Assembly: GCA_965205905.1 (NCBI GenBank)
Contig: CBDBHZ010000012.1
Coordinates: 7,869-71,868, forward strand
Direction: 5' to 3'
DNA from: Alphaproteobacteria bacterium
GTDB lineage: Bacteria; Pseudomonadota; Alphaproteobacteria; JABAAW01; JAHZMA01
DNA length: 64,000 nt
Each line of letters begins with the position of its first letter. Within the stretch, counting starts at the first letter, position 1. The position numbers and the translations under genes were made by a program. Below the pieces are notes generated by a model, which ran no database searches, had not been told where the DNA came from, and saw only the letters and a list, made by a program, of their open reading frames with translations. Below, piece after piece: positions 37,200 through 46,790 of this stretch.

Positions 37200-38133
37200 T
37201 CTATTAATCTTTTTTAGCGATAGTTTTTGGGTCGCTACCTTACGCATTGCAACCCCTCTGATTTTTGGTGTGCTAGGCGCATTGATATGCGAACGCGCAG
37301 GGGTTTTGAATCTGGGCATTGAAGGTATTTTCGTGATTGGCGCGATGACGGGCTGGCTAGCGGTATGGTATGGCGCAAGCCTATGGTTTGGCGTGCTGAT
37401 TGCCGCATTTTGTGGTGGCATGTTTGGTTTGTTTCATGGCGTGTTAACAGTGCCATTGGGATTGTCGCAACATGTGTCAGGGCTTGGCATTACCCTATTT
37501 GCAACCTCTGTTGCATATTTTTCTTACCGAACTGCCTTGCCGGATGTTACCTCGCCACCGCGTATCACGCCATTTCAACCGATGGATATTCCGTTATTAT
37601 CTGATATTCCTTTCTTTGGACCAGTAATTTTTCAGCAAACAGCATTAACATGGCTTGCGCTATTTATGGTGGTGTTGGTTGCCTATGTTCTGAATCGTAC
37701 CCCGCTTGGCATTGCTTTATCAGCGGTTGGCGATAACCCAAATGCTGTTAGCGCACAAGGGTTGTCGGTTTATGGGTTGCGGATTGGTGCGGTTGTAGCA
37801 GGCTCGGCTTTGATGGCGGTGGGCGGGGCTTTCCTTACCATGTCCGCGTTTGATGCTTTCTTTTTTGGCATGGTTAATGGGCGTGGTTGGATTTGTATTG
37901 CATTGGTTATTTTTGGTAGCTGGCGCCCTAGTAAAGCGCTACTTGGCGCATTGCTTTTCGCCGCTTTTGATGCGTATCAGGTAAGATTGCAAACTGAAAT
38001 TGGTTCGGTCGTGCCAACGCAAATATTTTTAATGGCGCCGTTTGTTCTCTCGATTATTGCACTTGTTATTGTGGCGCGCAAAGCTGAATATCCACGTTCT
38101 TTGTTGATTCCTTGGTTTAAGGGACAGCGCTAA
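37192..38133 (+). CDS. ABC transporter permease (second subunit)
   Basis: The track ORF starts at 37102. ATG 37192 (MDSLLIFFSD...) overlaps the upstream stop by 8 nt (ATGGATAG), a typical coupling arrangement. Confidence 0.88.
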   Translation: MDSLLIFFSDSFWVATLRIATPLIFGVLGALICERAGVLNLGIEGIFVIGAMTGWLAVWYGASLWFGVLIAAFCGGMFGLFHGVLTVPLGLSQHVSGLGITLFATSVAYFSYRTALPDVTSPPRITPFQPMDIPLLSDIPFFGPVIFQQTALTWLALFMVVLVAYVLNRTPLGIALSAVGDNPNAVSAQGLSVYGLRIGAVVAGSALMAVGGAFLTMSAFDAFFFGMVNGRGWICIALVIFGSWRPSKALLGALLFAAFDAYQVRLQTEIGSVVPTQIFLMAPFVLSIIALVIVARKAEYPRSLLIPWFKGQR

Positions 38134-38258
38134 AAAACAGAATAAAACTTAATGAGGTCTGTTGGGAAGAATTTAATTTATGGAATAAAAATTGCTTTAT
38201 TCATTGGGAATGAACAGTTGATTTATTGCATTTGCAACCAGATATTAATTGATAGGCA

Positions 38259-40481
38259 ATGTTAAAATATCTTAAAAATTTATCTATTACGCATAAGTTT
38301 CAACTTGTATCGTTGGGTTTTGTGTTATTGGCAACGGCGATGCTATGGCTTTTGATTAGCTATGGCACCGAGCGCAATGCCCGCACGGCAGCCCGTGAGA
38401 CTTTGGGCGCGATTGCCAATGAACGTTTGCTCTTATTTCAAAGCCACATGCGCTTAACAGAACTACATCTCAAAAGATTTGCGACCGATAACGCAGAAAT
38501 TTCGGCAGTGGCACGGGCAGGTATCCCATCGGAAGAAGCCATTAAGGCATTTACCCAAGAAAATCCATTCCCTGATGCGCCTGAAATATATAACAGTGCG
38601 CGTGGCATTGTCTCTGTTTATAATAGCACGCATGGCTATAATAACCCGCGGATTGTGAATTTATTTGCATTGGGCAATTATGATGATTTGATTATTCTCA
38701 ATTTAGAAGGCGATATTATCTACACTGTCAAAAAATATGAAGATTTTGGTAAAAATCTGGTAGATGATGAGGAATTATCTAACACAGGCTTAGCGGATAT
38801 TTATAAGATAGTGAGCGAGCAAACGCAAACGCAATCATTTGATTTTGATTTAGATTTAGATGCTGAAGAAGAAGAAAATAAGCCGATATTCATAGATTTT
38901 AAGGCATATCCTTATAGCAATACTGGTGAATCCGCTTTTATCGGTGTGCCGATTTTCAATAATATTGGGTTTAATGCGTTAGGGATTATTGTGTTACGCG
39001 TGGATTCTTCTTTACTGGCAACAATCGGTGATACAAGTCATATTGGCGGACATAATAATGTTGCTCTTTATAACGAAAACACACAAAAATTGCACAAAAA
39101 TCCTGTGATGACAGATGATAGTGGCGTGGCTGCTGATGATAATGATGCCGATATTGCCCCTGATACGGTAGCAAAAAATAGCATCAATTTGTTAGCAACC
39201 AAGCAAAAAGAAGCTGATGCAATCTTACAAGAAAACACGAATTTTGATGTTTCCAAACGCATATCTAACCTAACAGATAGCTTTAATCTGCTAGATACAA
39301 ATTACCGTATTGTTACCAGCACAGAAGAAGAAGTTGTGTTAGCAACATTCCGTCGGTTGCAAATTATTATGTTGGCTGCTGTGGTATCTATTTTTGTTGT
39401 GATGTTTTTCTTAACCAGAATTGCCTCTGCCACAGTAACAGGCCCTATCCGCCGCCTTACCCAATCTATGAAAAGATTAGCAGATGGCGATACCAAAATT
39501 GAGCTAGATGCTGATAATGTTGCCAACGAGATTGGCGAGATGAATCAGGCGGTCAAGATTTTTCAAGAAAGCATGGTCAATATCATCGCATTACAAGATG
39601 AAAAAGATGATAGGTTGCAAGAAGAAAATAACGAGAATGAGGTTGTTAAAGAGCTTATCAATAAATTTAGCAATCAAATGTCTGGTTTATTAGAAGAAGC
39701 CGTGCATGTGATGGAGAATATGGAAAAATCCAACCAGATTGTGATGAATGCGGTTACCGAAGCAAAAGATTTTTCTGGCGAAATTGCCAGTGCCAGCGAT
39801 AACGCCACTCAAAATGTGGAAACTGTTGCGACTGCTACCTCTGAAATGAGCGCGTCTATTGGTGAGATTGCCAATAACATGCAGGAATCTATCCATGCCA
39901 TTCAAGTAACACACAGCACAGCCAAAGAAACTGATATTGTTGTTAAAAATATGTCTGAACTTTCCAACAAAATCGGAGATATTGTCTCGCTGATTAACGA
40001 TATTGCAGGGCAAACCAATTTGCTGGCATTAAACGCCACCATTGAAGCCGCGCGCGCGGGCGAGGCAGGCAAAGGCTTTGCGGTGGTAGCCAACGAAGTT
40101 AAAAATCTTGCCAGTCAAACCACCAAAGCAACTGAAGAAATCTCCACCCAGATTGGCAGCATTCAAGATATTTCGGGCAGGGCAGTCAATGCGATTGTAA
40201 CCATTCAAAACGAGATTAGCCATGTCAGCGAAATGATGACCACAGTCAGTGCTGCGATGGAACAGCAGGCGGTTAGCACAAAAGAAATTAACGAAGCGGG
40301 CAGTAGCGCATCTTACGAGACCAATCGCGTCAATCAAAAAATTGAACAGGTGAATGGACGCGTGGTAGATAGTTTTGAACAATCTAAATTGATGTCAGTT
40401 TCGGTGAATGATAGCACACGCACCATTACCAGTTTGCGCGATGCCATTCAGGAATTTTTGGATAGGCTTAAAAATCATTAA
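38259..40481 (+). CDS. Methyl-accepting chemotaxis protein
   Basis: 740 aa with 2 TM helices flanking a periplasmic sensor of about 330 aa, a HAMP domain (..[17 protein letters not shown]..) and the conserved signalling hairpin ..[32 protein letters not shown]... Confidence 0.9.
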   Translation: MLKYLKNLSITHKFQLVSLGFVLLATAMLWLLISYGTERNARTAARETLGAIANERLLLFQSHMRLTELHLKRFATDNAEISAVARAGIPSEEAIKAFTQENPFPDAPEIYNSARGIVSVYNSTHGYNNPRIVNLFALGNYDDLIILNLEGDIIYTVKKYEDFGKNLVDDEELSNTGLADIYKIVSEQTQTQSFDFDLDLDAEEEENKPIFIDFKAYPYSNTGESAFIGVPIFNNIGFNALGIIVLRVDSSLLATIGDTSHIGGHNNVALYNENTQKLHKNPVMTDDSGVAADDNDADIAPDTVAKNSINLLATKQKEADAILQENTNFDVSKRISNLTDSFNLLDTNYRIVTSTEEEVVLATFRRLQIIMLAAVVSIFVVMFFLTRIASATVTGPIRRLTQSMKRLADGDTKIELDADNVANEIGEMNQAVKIFQESMVNIIALQDEKDDRLQEENNENEVVKELINKFSNQMSGLLEEAVHVMENMEKSNQIVMNAVTEAKDFSGEIASASDNATQNVETVATATSEMSASIGEIANNMQESIHAIQVTHSTAKETDIVVKNMSELSNKIGDIVSLINDIAGQTNLLALNATIEAARAGEAGKGFAVVANEVKNLASQTTKATEEISTQIGSIQDISGRAVNAIVTIQNEISHVSEMMTTVSAAMEQQAVSTKEINEAGSSASYETNRVNQKIEQVNGRVVDSFEQSKLMSVSVNDSTRTITSLRDAIQEFLDRLKNH

Positions 40482-40484
40482 TAT

Positions 40485-42002
40485 CTAGCGGCTTTTGCCC
40501 TGCACGATGCGGTCTAATATCATGGCGCAGAATAAAATAGCGAAACCTGCCAATATTCCTTGCCCCACATTGGCGTATTGCAAGGCTTCTAGCACATCTT
40601 CGCCCAAGCCTTTCGCCCCAATAAGCGATGCCACCACCACCATTGCCAAGCTGAGCATAATCGTTTGATTGATGCCTGCCCGAATAGATGGCGCGGCAAG
40701 CGGTAAATCCACTTTACGCAACAGATACCATTTGGTTGCACCGTAAGAGATTGCTGCCTCGCGCACATGTTCTGGCACACCGCGAAACCCTAGCACAGTA
40801 AGCCTTACAACAGGTGTGCCGCCAAAAATCATGGTGGTAACAACCGCTGCGGGCTTGCCAGTGCCGAAAAACGCAATCACGGGTATCATAAACACAAAGG
40901 CAGGCATGGTCTGCATAAAATCCATAATCGGGCGGATGAAATTATAGAATTTATCACGCCTTGCACAATACATACCAAGCGGAATGCCAATCAAGATGGA
41001 TAAGCAAGCTGCAGTGCCTAGCAATGCCAATGTTGTCATGGCTTTCACCCAAAAGCCTAGCAATCCCATATAGCTAAGAAAAGCGGTTGAATAAATAGCG
41101 GTTTTGAAGCCCGCCGATAAGCCCGTCAGCAACACGATGAAGCAGATAATCACGATCCATGGCGTGCCAACAAACACCAATTCAAGAAAATCCAGAAGCA
41201 AGCGAATGACTGATGTAATCGCGTCAAAAAACGCATCACCATTCAGCACTGCCACATTAAACAGCCACTCCACCCAGTTGATGGCGGTCAGGCGAATAAA
41301 GCCTTTGGTTGGAAATTCAGCAAACAAAGCAAAAAATTCAGGGAAACTGTAATGAATAACCGTTGCGGTGATAATCACGACATTAAAAATGCCTGCCAAT
41401 GCAAAATGTTTGAGCGTCATACCATAAGATAAAGTTTTATCAGATAGCCAATTAGAAAATCGTTTTTCTAAAGTAACATTTGCTAACATCGCTTGCGCGG
41501 TTTTTGCCACTAAAATAATCAACAGACCTGATAGAAAAATCCAGACCCATGTTTGTTCAACCGCAATCGCTTCTAACCTTATGCCGTCAATATTGGCTTC
41601 TAATGAATCAACGGTGCGCTTGTAAACGTCAATTTTATCGGATTGGGTTTCAATCGCGTTGGCTAATTGTTGCTTTCGCAATGTTAATGTGGATTCTATT
41701 TCCGAAATTCGGATTCTGGTATCGAAAGCAATATCGCCAAATAGCCCGCGGATAATTTGAACCCAACCGAAAGTTTCGATAATAAGAAACGCCAATGCCC
41801 AATTCCAAATTGAGCGCGACCCATACCAGATAGGCCCTAAAATAAACGCCCATAAATTAAACGTAAAAACATAAGATGATTTGCTGCCAATATATTGAAA
41901 TTGCTTCTTATAATAAGCAACATTGCTTACCACAAATTTTGCCAGCAAGAGTTGTCTTTCTTGTTGTTTTTGCGTTTCAGGCTGTTCTACCGTATCATTC
42001 AT
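40485..42002 (-). CDS. proW: Glycine-betaine/proline-type ABC permease (ProW-like) with an N-terminal membrane extension of about 215 aa
   Basis: The C-terminal half is a BPD-type TMD (..REAAISYGATKWYLLRKVDLPLAAP..). The N-terminus carries ..FNLWAFILGPIWYGSRSIWNW.. plus additional TM helices. Confidence 0.82.
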   Translation of the reverse strand: MNDTVEQPETQKQQERQLLLAKFVVSNVAYYKKQFQYIGSKSSYVFTFNLWAFILGPIWYGSRSIWNWALAFLIIETFGWVQIIRGLFGDIAFDTRIRISEIESTLTLRKQQLANAIETQSDKIDVYKRTVDSLEANIDGIRLEAIAVEQTWVWIFLSGLLIILVAKTAQAMLANVTLEKRFSNWLSDKTLSYGMTLKHFALAGIFNVVIITATVIHYSFPEFFALFAEFPTKGFIRLTAINWVEWLFNVAVLNGDAFFDAITSVIRLLLDFLELVFVGTPWIVIICFIVLLTGLSAGFKTAIYSTAFLSYMGLLGFWVKAMTTLALLGTAACLSILIGIPLGMYCARRDKFYNFIRPIMDFMQTMPAFVFMIPVIAFFGTGKPAAVVTTMIFGGTPVVRLTVLGFRGVPEHVREAAISYGATKWYLLRKVDLPLAAPSIRAGINQTIMLSLAMVVVASLIGAKGLGEDVLEALQYANVGQGILAGFAILFCAMILDRIVQGKSR

Positions 42003-43054
42003 GATGTTTCAGTGCCTTCTATGATGGTATGCAACACATTATTATGCGTAATCACACCCGTTATTGTGTCGTTTTTCTTCACCAAAATCGGTGAGTTTTC
42101 TTGCATGATGAGTTGAATGATTTTGGTGAGATTTTCTTCCTCATCAACTGCGGGTCTATCCGCTGATACACCACCATTTTGCGCCTCAAAATCTTTGATA
42201 TTGTGCATCACGGTTTTGGCTTTCACCACTTTCAAGCGCGATATGCCTGCCACAAAATCGCTGACATAATTATCAGCAGGGTTGGTGATAATATCCTCTG
42301 GCGTGCCTACTTGCACCACACGCCCATCACGCATAATCGCAATTTTCTCGCCAATACGCACCGCTTCATCTAAATCATGGGTGATGAAAATGGTGGTTTT
42401 CTTCATTACCGCCGATAATTTCATAAACTCATCTTGCAGCTGTCTACGGATAAGCGGGTCTAGCGCGCTAAAAGGCTCATCCATCAGTAGAACATCAGGG
42501 TCAGATGCCAATGCACGGGCTAACCCTACCCGTTGCTGCATACCACCCGATAATTCATGAGCAAATTTATTGCCCCAGCCATCTAATTCCACCATATGTA
42601 AGATTTGTTCGGCTTTTTCCAAACGTTGATTTTTGTTCATTGCGCGTATTTCAAGCGGCATGGCGATATTATCTAACACCGAATAATGCGGCAGAAGTGC
42701 AAAATTTTGAAACACCATCGCCACCTTATGATTGCGATAATGCCGTAATTGTGCGGGCGAGAATTCTAATATATTCTGCCCATCAACAATAATTTCACCC
42801 GAACTAGGCTCTAATAAGCGGTTAATATGGCGCACCAATGTGGATTTGCCACTGCCCGATAGCCCCATAATGCAAAAAATTTGCCCGGGCGCGATAGAAA
42901 GCGAGACATCAGCAACACCAATCACGGCATTATATTTTTCTAAAATTTCTTGTTTTGATAGATTGTCTTTTTCGATGGCAATCATGGCTTCTGGTGCGCG
43001 GTCACCAAACACTTTCCACACATTCCGAATATCAATCGCGATATCTGATGCCAT
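41999..43054 (-). CDS. proV: Glycine-betaine/proline ABC ATPase (ProV-like, CBS tail)
   Basis: Walker A GLSGSGKST, signature LSGGMQQRVGLARAL, and a C-terminal regulatory domain of about 100 aa. Confidence 0.9.
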   Translation of the reverse strand: MASDIAIDIRNVWKVFGDRAPEAMIAIEKDNLSKQEILEKYNAVIGVADVSLSIAPGQIFCIMGLSGSGKSTLVRHINRLLEPSSGEIIVDGQNILEFSPAQLRHYRNHKVAMVFQNFALLPHYSVLDNIAMPLEIRAMNKNQRLEKAEQILHMVELDGWGNKFAHELSGGMQQRVGLARALASDPDVLLMDEPFSALDPLIRRQLQDEFMKLSAVMKKTTIFITHDLDEAVRIGEKIAIMRDGRVVQVGTPEDIITNPADNYVSDFVAGISRLKVVKAKTVMHNIKDFEAQNGGVSADRPAVDEEENLTKIIQLIMQENSPILVKKNDTITGVITHNNVLHTIIEGTETS

Positions 43055-43137
43055 ATCTACCTATTCCAATCCTATTGAATGCGAGTCATGTTCATAAGAA
43101 GGCACCCATTAAATGAGCGCCTTCATTATTTCAAAGA

Positions 43138-44103
43138 TTAAAGTCCAAGCCAAGCATCAACGCGTTTTGGGTTATTTTTAACCCATTCTTTTGCCACTTC
43201 TTGTGGGTCACGCCCTTTGCCAGCAATTTCATATGCGAAACCGCTCACATCAGAGGCATCTAACTTCATATTGGCAAGAAACTCTGCAATCGCAGGCGAG
43301 CGTTTCTGCAATGATTTAGAATAAGCAACCTGCACTTTTTTCAACGCATCTTTTGACGCAACAAATGATTCCTTATACCAATCGGGGGAATCAGATGGTT
43401 GCACCATTTTATATTTTTTGGCGCTATGTTTAGGCTCAGAGAGCATCACAACATCAAATTGCGACCAAATGGCATGGGGTTCGTAGCAATAAAAAGCATA
43501 GCCTTCGTTTTTGGCAATCGCATCTTTAATTCTTGCTGTTTTCGCACTTTCATCAACACGAATGGGTTCAAGAAAGTTAAGCAATTTATAATCGCGCACT
43601 TTTACTTCATTCACATTGGCAGATGCCCAACCGGGTGCACCAATCCAAATTTCGCCTTTGCCATTGCCATCAGAATCCATCTTTTTGGCAACATCAGGAC
43701 GCCCTAAATCAGCAATATCAGTGATTTTATTGGCTTTCGCAAATTTCTGAGTTACACAGAAACCTTGATTGCCAATATAAGGATTTTTGCTCAACAAGAC
43801 TGTGCGCCTGTCGCGGACATATTTATTGGTAAAAGATTCTTGATTGGGCAACCATACATCAGGATGCACATCAATATCGCCTTTGCCTTGATCCATTGCT
43901 TGGAAAATAGCCGCATTATTACCCGGCACCATTTCCACTTTACCACCAATACGGTCGGTAACAACAACAGCAATCAAATTGGCAATGGCTTGCGCGCCCG
44001 TCCAAGATGGCACACCAATCGCAACTTTCTCTGCTGCAAAGGCGGTGCTGGCTGTTAAAGCCATTAAGCTACCTATAATAGCTGATTTTAATATTTTTTT
44101 CAT
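43138..44103 (-). CDS. proX: Betaine/choline-type periplasmic substrate-binding protein (ProX-like)
   Basis: 321 aa with a signal peptide ending AFA. It is the first gene of the proXVW-like operon. The family call rests mostly on context and size. Confidence 0.72.
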   Translation of the reverse strand: MKKILKSAIIGSLMALTASTAFAAEKVAIGVPSWTGAQAIANLIAVVVTDRIGGKVEMVPGNNAAIFQAMDQGKGDIDVHPDVWLPNQESFTNKYVRDRRTVLLSKNPYIGNQGFCVTQKFAKANKITDIADLGRPDVAKKMDSDGNGKGEIWIGAPGWASANVNEVKVRDYKLLNFLEPIRVDESAKTARIKDAIAKNEGYAFYCYEPHAIWSQFDVVMLSEPKHSAKKYKMVQPSDSPDWYKESFVASKDALKKVQVAYSKSLQKRSPAIAEFLANMKLDASDVSGFAYEIAGKGRDPQEVAKEWVKNNPKRVDAWLGL

Positions 44104-44154
44104 AAGCTTCCTCCTGCTTTTTATTATATTAACGGTTAAATAGTTAACCTTAAC

Positions 44155-45168
44155 TTAAATAGATTTAAACTGGTCTTCATAAGCAAATAATGATGCTGAG
44201 CCACCCGTATGAATGAATACCACATCACCATCATCACCTAATTTACCTTGTTTGATTAAACCTATCAACCCTGCTAATCCTTTGCCTGCATAGACAAGGT
44301 CTAACAAAATTCCTTCTTGGCGCGCTATTAATTCGCACGCTTCAATTGTTTGATTGGTTGGGATACCATAACCCTCGCCAACATAATTATCATCTACCAA
44401 TATTTTGCTTTTATCCGTGAAGGGTGTATCAGATATTAAAGAGGCTGTTTTTTGTGTCAATTCAAACACCTTATCAATCTGAACCTGTTGTGGTTGCCGC
44501 ACGCTGATACCCATAATCGGCACATCGCAACCAAGCGCGTGAAACCCTGCCACTAGCCCCGCTTGCGTGCCTGTACTGCCCGTGCCGAACACAATCCATT
44601 TAGGATTTAGACTTTGCGTTTTCATCTGCTGAATCAATTCTTCGGCGCAAGCAACATAGCCTAGCGCACCGATTTCATTTGAGCCACCGCCCGGAATAAA
44701 ATAAGGTTTGCGTCCCTCTTGCTTAAATTTATCAGCAACTTTAATGGCTTCGGCATTCATATCTAACCCTGCGGGGCGATATTCCATCGTGGTGCCAAAT
44801 AAATTATCCAAAAAAACATTGCCAGTTGTTTCGTAATTTGCGCCTTTATTAGGTACCCTGCGTTCCAATAAAGCATGACAATCTAGTCCTAATTTACACG
44901 CGGCGGCGGCGGTTTGGCGCACATGGTTAGATTGAATCGCGCCTTGCGTTACAATCATATCGGCCCCTGCATCAAGGGCGGCTGCCATTAAGAATTCAAG
45001 TTTGCGGGTTTTGTTACCACCTGTTGCTAGCCCCGTGCAATCATCACGCTTTATCCATAGATTCGGTCGGTTAAGACTTTTGGATAGGCGCGGCATTCTT
45101 TCTAATGGGGTAGGTTGGTGGCACAATGCCACACGGCTAAATTTTTCTAATACTCCCGACATATTCAT
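44155..45168 (-). CDS. dcyD: PLP-dependent ACC deaminase / D-cysteine desulfhydrase-family enzyme
   Basis: 337 aa with ..RDDCTGLATGGNKTRKLEFLMAAAL.. (PLP-Lys motif) and ..GGSNEIGALGY... Confidence 0.82.
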   Translation of the reverse strand: MNMSGVLEKFSRVALCHQPTPLERMPRLSKSLNRPNLWIKRDDCTGLATGGNKTRKLEFLMAAALDAGADMIVTQGAIQSNHVRQTAAAACKLGLDCHALLERRVPNKGANYETTGNVFLDNLFGTTMEYRPAGLDMNAEAIKVADKFKQEGRKPYFIPGGGSNEIGALGYVACAEELIQQMKTQSLNPKWIVFGTGSTGTQAGLVAGFHALGCDVPIMGISVRQPQQVQIDKVFELTQKTASLISDTPFTDKSKILVDDNYVGEGYGIPTNQTIEACELIARQEGILLDLVYAGKGLAGLIGLIKQGKLGDDGDVVFIHTGGSASLFAYEDQFKSI

Positions 45169-45216
45169 CTCTCTTCTTGTGAAACATTATATATTTATTT
45201 ATTTTTACCATATAGT

Positions 45217-45244
45217 AAAAAAAACATAATAGCAATGTTTTTTT
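45217..45244 (-). terminator. AT-rich hairpin downstream of the amidase gene
   Basis: AAAAAAACAT pairs with ATGTTTTTTT across a 7-nt loop. The stem has very low GC, so it is only a weak terminator candidate. Confidence 0.3.
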
Positions 45245-45249
45245 GAGGA

Positions 45250-46638
45250 TTACTGATAGTTTTGCACAACAGACTTCCTAAAACCAAGATGCTGTTCAAT
45301 ATATTGGGCAATGCAGAATAAATCATGCTCATGCAAAGGTTTCGCCACCATTTGCAAACTAACGGGATTATTGTTGCCATCAAACCCTATCGGGATACAG
45401 ATACAAGGCAAGCCTAAAAAATTAAAAGGTCTGGTATTATGCCCCGCACGGCTGATAAGGGCAGGCGCATCAGCACTTGCCCCTGCATCGCTGGCTTTGA
45501 TGGTGGGCAATGCAAACGGCCAGACGGGCGTGATGATAATATCAGTTTTTGCAAAAACATCTTTAATGGTTGCTTGCGTAAAATCGGCACGATGCCGAAT
45601 GATTTTATCATATTCTTGGCTGCTAATGGTCATGCCTTCGTTGATACGCAAAATCGTTTGGGCATTGAAATCTTGTTTGCGCGTTTGGGCAATCAAACCA
45701 TATTTCATTGCTGCTTCATAGGCGACAATCATGCGGGTTAAATCATTGGTGCTGTCAATATTTTTAAGCTGAATATCGGCTATTTTATTGTTTTGCGTCT
45801 TGATAAAAGTCACTATTGGCTCGATGATTTTGACGATATTATTATCACATTCCTCAAAAAAATACCGACTGCCAATTCCAATCCGCAGATGCTTGATAGT
45901 ATCGGGCATTATATTGTCGATACTACTACCCACCAGCGCGTCAAGCATAATCATAGCATCATTCACGCTTCTGGTTAATGTGCCAACCGTATCCAAAGAT
46001 TCTGATAGGCAAAACACGCCCGCACGGCTGATAAGGTCGTAACTGGGCTTTAAGCCAACCAAACCGCAGGCGGCAGCAGGAAGCCTGACTGAACCACCCG
46101 TATCCGTGCCAAGCGAGGCGGGGATAAAGCCATTCGCCACCATCACTGCCGAGCCCGAAGATGACCCGCCCGCAATATAATCTTGATTCCATGGGTTAGG
46201 CGGTGTGCCTGCATAGTGATTATGCCCCGTAATGCCAAGCCCATATTCTACCGATGTTAAGCGCGCAATATCTAGCGCACCTGCTTTATCTAATTGCGTT
46301 ATCGCAATAGCGGTCTCGTCTGCTATCATGCCCTCACGGCTTTTTGACCCCGCCTCATCTGCCCAATTTTTGCGTTTGAACAGCTCTTTATGGGCAAGTG
46401 GCACCCCCAATAATGGTGAGATATTTTGTGTGCCATGTTGCTTCAAATTTTGTAATTGCGCGGTTAAAAATTCATCATCGCAATAGCGCAATGATTGCGT
46501 TTGTTTGGCTTTCGCCACGAAGAGGGGCATAAATTCTGATAACAGCCATTCGGGGTAATCAGGATTTGTGAGATATTGCTGATGAAACCATTTGATAGAC
46601 TGATATTGATATTGATATTGATATTGAAAATCTGGCAT
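45250..46638 (-). CDS. Amidase-signature enzyme
   Basis: GGSSGSAV(..) is in ..YIAGGSSSGSAVMVANG.., with a Ser-cisSer-Lys family layout. The track ORF extends to 46728. I prefer ATG 46638 (MPDFQYQ..., GAAAGGGG upstream), which leaves a 152-bp divergent promoter region. The start is uncertain. Confidence 0.82.
   Translation of the reverse strand: MPDFQYQYQYQYQSIKWFHQQYLTNPDYPEWLLSEFMPLFVAKAKQTQSLRYCDDEFLTAQLQNLKQHGTQNISPLLGVPLAHKELFKRKNWADEAGSKSREGMIADETAIAITQLDKAGALDIARLTSVEYGLGITGHNHYAGTPPNPWNQDYIAGGSSSGSAVMVANGFIPASLGTDTGGSVRLPAAACGLVGLKPSYDLISRAGVFCLSESLDTVGTLTRSVNDAMIMLDALVGSSIDNIMPDTIKHLRIGIGSRYFFEECDNNIVKIIEPIVTFIKTQNNKIADIQLKNIDSTNDLTRMIVAYEAAMKYGLIAQTRKQDFNAQTILRINEGMTISSQEYDKIIRHRADFTQATIKDVFAKTDIIITPVWPFALPTIKASDAGASADAPALISRAGHNTRPFNFLGLPCICIPIGFDGNNNPVSLQMVAKPLHEHDLFCIAQYIEQHLGFRKSVVQNYQ
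46602..46625 (-). repeat. In-frame hexanucleotide repeat (CAATAT)x4 encoding QYQYQYQY
   Basis: Plus strand gatatt x4 (46602-46625) lies within the first codons of the amidase. Confidence 0.9.
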
Positions 46639-46790
46639 GACGCCCCTTTCAAGCGGAAGATTGTAAGTTTTATAGCTTAACATATTCCACTTATTATTTC
46701 TATTGGCATTTCCACTGGTTGACATCATCGCGACAGATTGCTACAGTCTGATGTGATATATTGTGTTTTAGGGGGCGTATTGGAGGCGCA

